Virus record (IMG/VR): IMGVR_UViG_3300033073_000980
Span: 8,080-72,079 of that record
DNA length: 64,000 nt
Direction: 5' to 3' (one strand)
Origin: a virus
Lineage: Duplodnaviria > Caudoviricetes
In this document: piece after piece, positions 61,821 through 64,000 of the stretch
Layout: each line of letters begins with the position of its first letter
How positions within the stretch are numbered: position 1 is the stretch's first letter
The notes under the pieces: model-generated
Database searches by the model: none
What the model saw: only the letters and a program-made list of their open reading frames with translations
Told to the model about the DNA's origin: nothing
Program-made: the position numbers and the translations under genes

Positions 61821-61852
61821 TAAATGTACGAATTAAATTTTAAAATTCCAAA
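61821..61852 (-). promoter_or_regulatory. class 1 promoter
   Basis: TTTGG-N17-CGTACATTTA; -7 element and leader nearly identical to 61540-61568. Confidence 0.6.
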
Positions 61853-61854
61853 TA

Positions 61855-62046
61855 TTACTTTCGAAAATTTGAAATTAAAACCGGTACCCAGCATGCAACA
61901 AATGTGACTGTTATTCCAAATAGGATACCGTGCATTGGATTTTTAAAACTTGTGTTCGAAGCTCCGGCTAATGCTCCCATTAAAGTCATTATAAGTGCTA
62001 TGTTCAGTCCCGGATGTTCTTTTAGCCTCTTAAAGTAGTTTTTCAT
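61855..62046 (-). CDS. 2-TM membrane protein
   Basis: Two hydrophobic segments. Confidence 0.65.
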   Translation of the reverse strand: MKNYFKRLKEHPGLNIALIMTLMGALAGASNTSFKNPMHGILFGITVTFVACWVPVLISNFRK

Positions 62047-62281
62047 TTAGTTCTTCGAGTTGTGTTTCTAGTTCTTGTATTTGCTGCTTTAATTCCTCAA
62101 TCTCCTCATCCTTTCTTTCAATACAGGAAGGGCAAGCGTTTACTTCTACCTGTAGGTAACCTCTACTCCTGCTCTTACGGGTACTAGATTCTGAGCATAG
62201 TCCCTCTCCACAAGTACCGCAAAAGACTTCAAAGTCCACAGTGGTAGTAGCTGTTACTTCTACATCATCAAAACTAGGCAT
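62030..62281 (-). CDS. Zn-finger + coiled-coil small protein
   Basis: CGTCG...CPSC then coiled coil; start revised to MPSFDD at 62281. Confidence 0.65.
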   Translation of the reverse strand: MPSFDDVEVTATTTVDFEVFCGTCGEGLCSESSTRKSRSRGYLQVEVNACPSCIERKDEEIEELKQQIQELETQLEELNEKLL

Positions 62282-62516
62282 CTTGACCTCCAAATGTTTC
62301 GTTGTAGTAATGTTCGGCTTGGTGTAAATTAGCCCCAAATCCTGTTGTATAAGATTTTTTTATCTCCTCCTTCTGCATTGCTTTGGCTTGTTCTTCTATT
62401 TTTATGAGTTTTGCATCATATTCAATTGGTGAAATTAGCCCTAAACGGCTTTGAATTTCTATAGTATGTCTTTCAATAATATACCACTCTACACTACTTT
62501 GTTTATTGTTGCTCAT
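62274..62516 (-). CDS. cassette micro-gene (SSVEW...YYNETFGG family)
   Basis: MSNNKQSSVEW...YYNETFGGQDA. Confidence 0.75.
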   Translation of the reverse strand: MSNNKQSSVEWYIIERHTIEIQSRLGLISPIEYDAKLIKIEEQAKAMQKEEIKKSYTTGFGANLHQAEHYYNETFGGQDA

Positions 62517-62706
62517 TGTTACCTCCTTGTATTTCAGTTAGTTTTTCTTCTATGCATTGTTTTTGATACTCAAGATGCAGTATTTCTGAATGTTTTTTTA
62601 TTACTAAATATGCATTGTCTAATAATTCTTTTTCTTGTTCTGTTCGCCATCCTGTTTTCATAATGCACAGTGCATCAATTAGCGATAGTTGTTTATTATT
62701 GCTCAT
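62503..62706 (-). CDS. cassette micro-gene
   Basis: MSNNKQLSL...IQGGNNEQQ. Confidence 0.75.
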   Translation of the reverse strand: MSNNKQLSLIDALCIMKTGWRTEQEKELLDNAYLVIKKHSEILHLEYQKQCIEEKLTEIQGGNNEQQ

Positions 62707-62960
62707 TTGTTACCTCCTTTGTTTTCTGGGTGAATAGGATTCTTACAGTTACCCTTATGACACAAACTGTATCTGTGGCCTGAACTGTATTCAAAGTACT
62801 CACAGTCCTCTATAACGATTAGTTTTAAGGGCTTGTTACCGTACTCGGTTACAATTTCAGTTGATTGTCTTGTGACTGTTGGTTCATCGCAACTACTTAT
62901 CATTCCTATAAGTAATGTTGCTAATATTAGTTTTTTCATGATTTGTTTATTGTTGCTCAT
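62703..62960 (-). CDS. cassette micro-gene encoding a lipoprotein
   Basis: MSNNKQI-MKKLILATLLIGMISS|C...LCHKGNCKNPIH...GGNK. Confidence 0.75.
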   Translation of the reverse strand: MSNNKQIMKKLILATLLIGMISSCDEPTVTRQSTEIVTEYGNKPLKLIVIEDCEYFEYSSGHRYSLCHKGNCKNPIHPENKGGNK

Positions 62961-63207
62961 TGTTACCTCCTTGTATTTTATTAGAAAAATATTTTGTATA
63001 ATACCACTTTAATCTTGCACCTTGTGATTCTTCAAGAAATCCCAATTGAATTTCAGTATCAATATAAAAAATGTATCTTTTCAATATCTCCTCCTCGCTT
63101 GGTAGTTCGATTGGGTTCATTTTGTCAATAAATTGAACGATGTCTTCATCCCTTACTTGAAAAAAATCCAACATTTCTTTTACTTGTTCTTCTGTGTATA
63201 GTCTCAT
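62947..63207 (-). CDS. cassette micro-gene (LYTE...PIELPS family)
   Basis: MRLYTEEQV...PIELPSEEEI...KIQGGNNEQQ. Confidence 0.75.
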   Translation of the reverse strand: MRLYTEEQVKEMLDFFQVRDEDIVQFIDKMNPIELPSEEEILKRYIFYIDTEIQLGFLEESQGARLKWYYTKYFSNKIQGGNNEQQ

Positions 63208-63449
63208 TGCTCACATCCTCCGTAGGTTTCGTTGTAGTGTTCATCAAAATCTTTTTTGAATGTCATTTCTGCTGCGTTATCAAATTGAGAAGTCGAATCA
63301 AGCCAAGTTTTTTTGTGTTGTTTCTTCTCCATTTCTTTGGCTTCTTGGTATGCTACAAGGTTAGTGTATTCATTGTAAACTAATAATCCTTGATTTGCTA
63401 ATGTCTCAAAAGCAAAATCCACTGCCGTTTGTTGTTTATTGTTGCTCAT
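63204..63449 (-). CDS. cassette micro-gene (TAVDF...YNETYGG family)
   Basis: MSNNKQQTAVDF...HYNETYGGCEQ. Confidence 0.75.
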   Translation of the reverse strand: MSNNKQQTAVDFAFETLANQGLLVYNEYTNLVAYQEAKEMEKKQHKKTWLDSTSQFDNAAEMTFKKDFDEHYNETYGGCEQ

Positions 63450-63660
63450 TGTTAAATATATTTTTTACAAATGTTACTTCTTCAAAATCATTTTCTAAAA
63501 TAAGTTTTGTTAAATCGCTTTGGTCGTACCCATAACTTTTTGACATTCTTTCTTCAAAGTAATGCCAAGTGTTGTTGAACCATAAGAATTTAGATACACC
63601 ATTTACTGTTTGACCTATATCAAACACATCTCCGTTTTTTATTTGTTTATTGTTGCTCAT
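63436..63660 (-). CDS. cassette micro-gene
   Basis: MSNNKQIKNGDVF...FNNEQQ. Confidence 0.75.
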   Translation of the reverse strand: MSNNKQIKNGDVFDIGQTVNGVSKFLWFNNTWHYFEERMSKSYGYDQSDLTKLILENDFEEVTFVKNIFNNEQQ

Positions 63661-63907
63661 TGTTACCTCCTTGTATTTTACTAATTACCATTTTTGCACC
63701 ATTAAAAAAACTCAATTCAAAGTATTCCCTTTTAAGTGCTTCTTCCTCAATCTCCTTATCACTTGGTAGTTCGATCGGAGTTATGTTTTTCAACTCTTCC
63801 GAAAATATGAATGGGTTATAATTTTTACCTGCTGTAAATGCCGCTTTGGCTAATTCAATTAATTGGTCTTCTGTGTATAGTTTCATACTTTGTTTATTGT
63901 TGCTCAT
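63647..63907 (-). CDS. cassette micro-gene (LYTE...PIELPS family)
   Basis: MSNNKQSMKLYTEDQL...PIELPSDKEI...KIQGGNNEQQ. Confidence 0.75.
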   Translation of the reverse strand: MSNNKQSMKLYTEDQLIELAKAAFTAGKNYNPFIFSEELKNITPIELPSDKEIEEEALKREYFELSFFNGAKMVISKIQGGNNEQQ

Positions 63908-63919
63908 AACTTTTATTTT

Positions 63920-64000
63920 TTAGTGTGTGTGTAGTAATTCCTGATAGACTTTTCCGTCTAAGGTTTCTTTCTTTAATGCTTTATTCTCAGAGTCACATAC
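63920..64000 (-). CDS. 3' end of a gene entering from the right edge
   Basis: Open frame VCDSENKALKKETLDGKVYQELLHTH-stop. Confidence 0.35.
   Translation of the reverse strand, partial: VCDSENKALKKETLDGKVYQELLHTH

Larger units (their letters stand above)
62499..63907 (-). repeat. junction-repeat array 2
   Basis: Copies at 62499-62526, 62943-62970, 63643-63670 (exact); 62689-62717 (1 mismatch + 1 insertion); 63432-63453 (22 nt); 63890-63907 (18 nt); degenerate at 63205-63221. Confidence 0.95.

Noticed and set aside
2830-62663. Plus-strand ORFs in the track (e.g. 22144-22749, 43427-43684, 56113-56454, 57429-57770) and nested minus-strand alternates
   Set aside because: All lie antisense to or inside well-supported minus-strand genes, have no motifs and no promoter context; treated as shadow ORFs
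56945-63907. CRISPR array interpretation of the 28-nt repeat
   Set aside because: Inter-repeat distances are irregular (about 110-490 nt within each array), the intervening DNA is open reading frame, the repeat is not palindromic, and no cas operon is present (the Cas4-like gene is solo and 34 kb away)
56945-63907. Integron attC cassettes or a diversity-generating retroelement
   Set aside because: No inverted-repeat attC structure, integrase or reverse transcriptase is in the window, and there is no adenine-specific TR/VR pair
1-64000. tRNA, rRNA or riboswitch genes
   Set aside because: Intergenic gaps are mostly under 100 nt and are accounted for by promoters, terminators or micro-ORFs. 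I saw no cloverleaf or B12-riboswitch-sized region (the nrdJ leader is 62 nt). tRNAscan-SE/Infernal would be decisive
1-64000. Stop-codon reassignment (alternative genetic code)
   Set aside because: Conserved enzymes (PolA, GroEL, NrdJ, DnaB, ThyA) are full length under code 11, and TAA, TAG and TGA all terminate genes at sensible positions

Overview
This is a 64-kb segment of a large dsDNA phage genome. Every gene I can support lies on the minus strand, densely packed with frequent ATGA/TAATG overlaps. The host is most likely a Bacteroidota bacterium (inference). Support comes from a type IX secretion C-terminal domain, Gln at +1 of five signal peptides, Shine-Dalgarno-free leaders and TTG-N20-TAnnTT promoters. 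Established modules are: replication/recombination (family A polymerase, DnaB-like helicase, 5'-3' exonuclease, RecA-like, gp32-like SSB, Cas4-like nuclease); nucleotide metabolism (class II RNR, ThyA, dUTPase, HPRT, thioredoxin); GroEL/GroES; a 7-deazaguanine pathway (FolE, QueD, QueE, QueC and a truncated DpdA/TGT-like gene at the left edge); and a lysis cassette (holin, PG-binding+GH19 endolysin). Three unusual systems stand out. (1) A seven-gene envelope/surface module (44.3-50.4 kb): a cohesin-dockerin-cohesin-T9SS-CTD scaffoldin-like protein, a C-type lectin-dockerin protein, a CsgG-like lipoprotein, a beta-barrel-like protein, an inner-membrane anchor and a secreted HExxH peptidase. (2) Two arrays of micro-genes (56.9-57.9 and 62.3-63.9 kb) joined by a 28-nt repeat that encodes both the stop of one gene and the start of the next. 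(3) A 17-kb glycan-synthesis locus made entirely of soluble proteins. All family calls are motif recognition by eye; no database searches were run.
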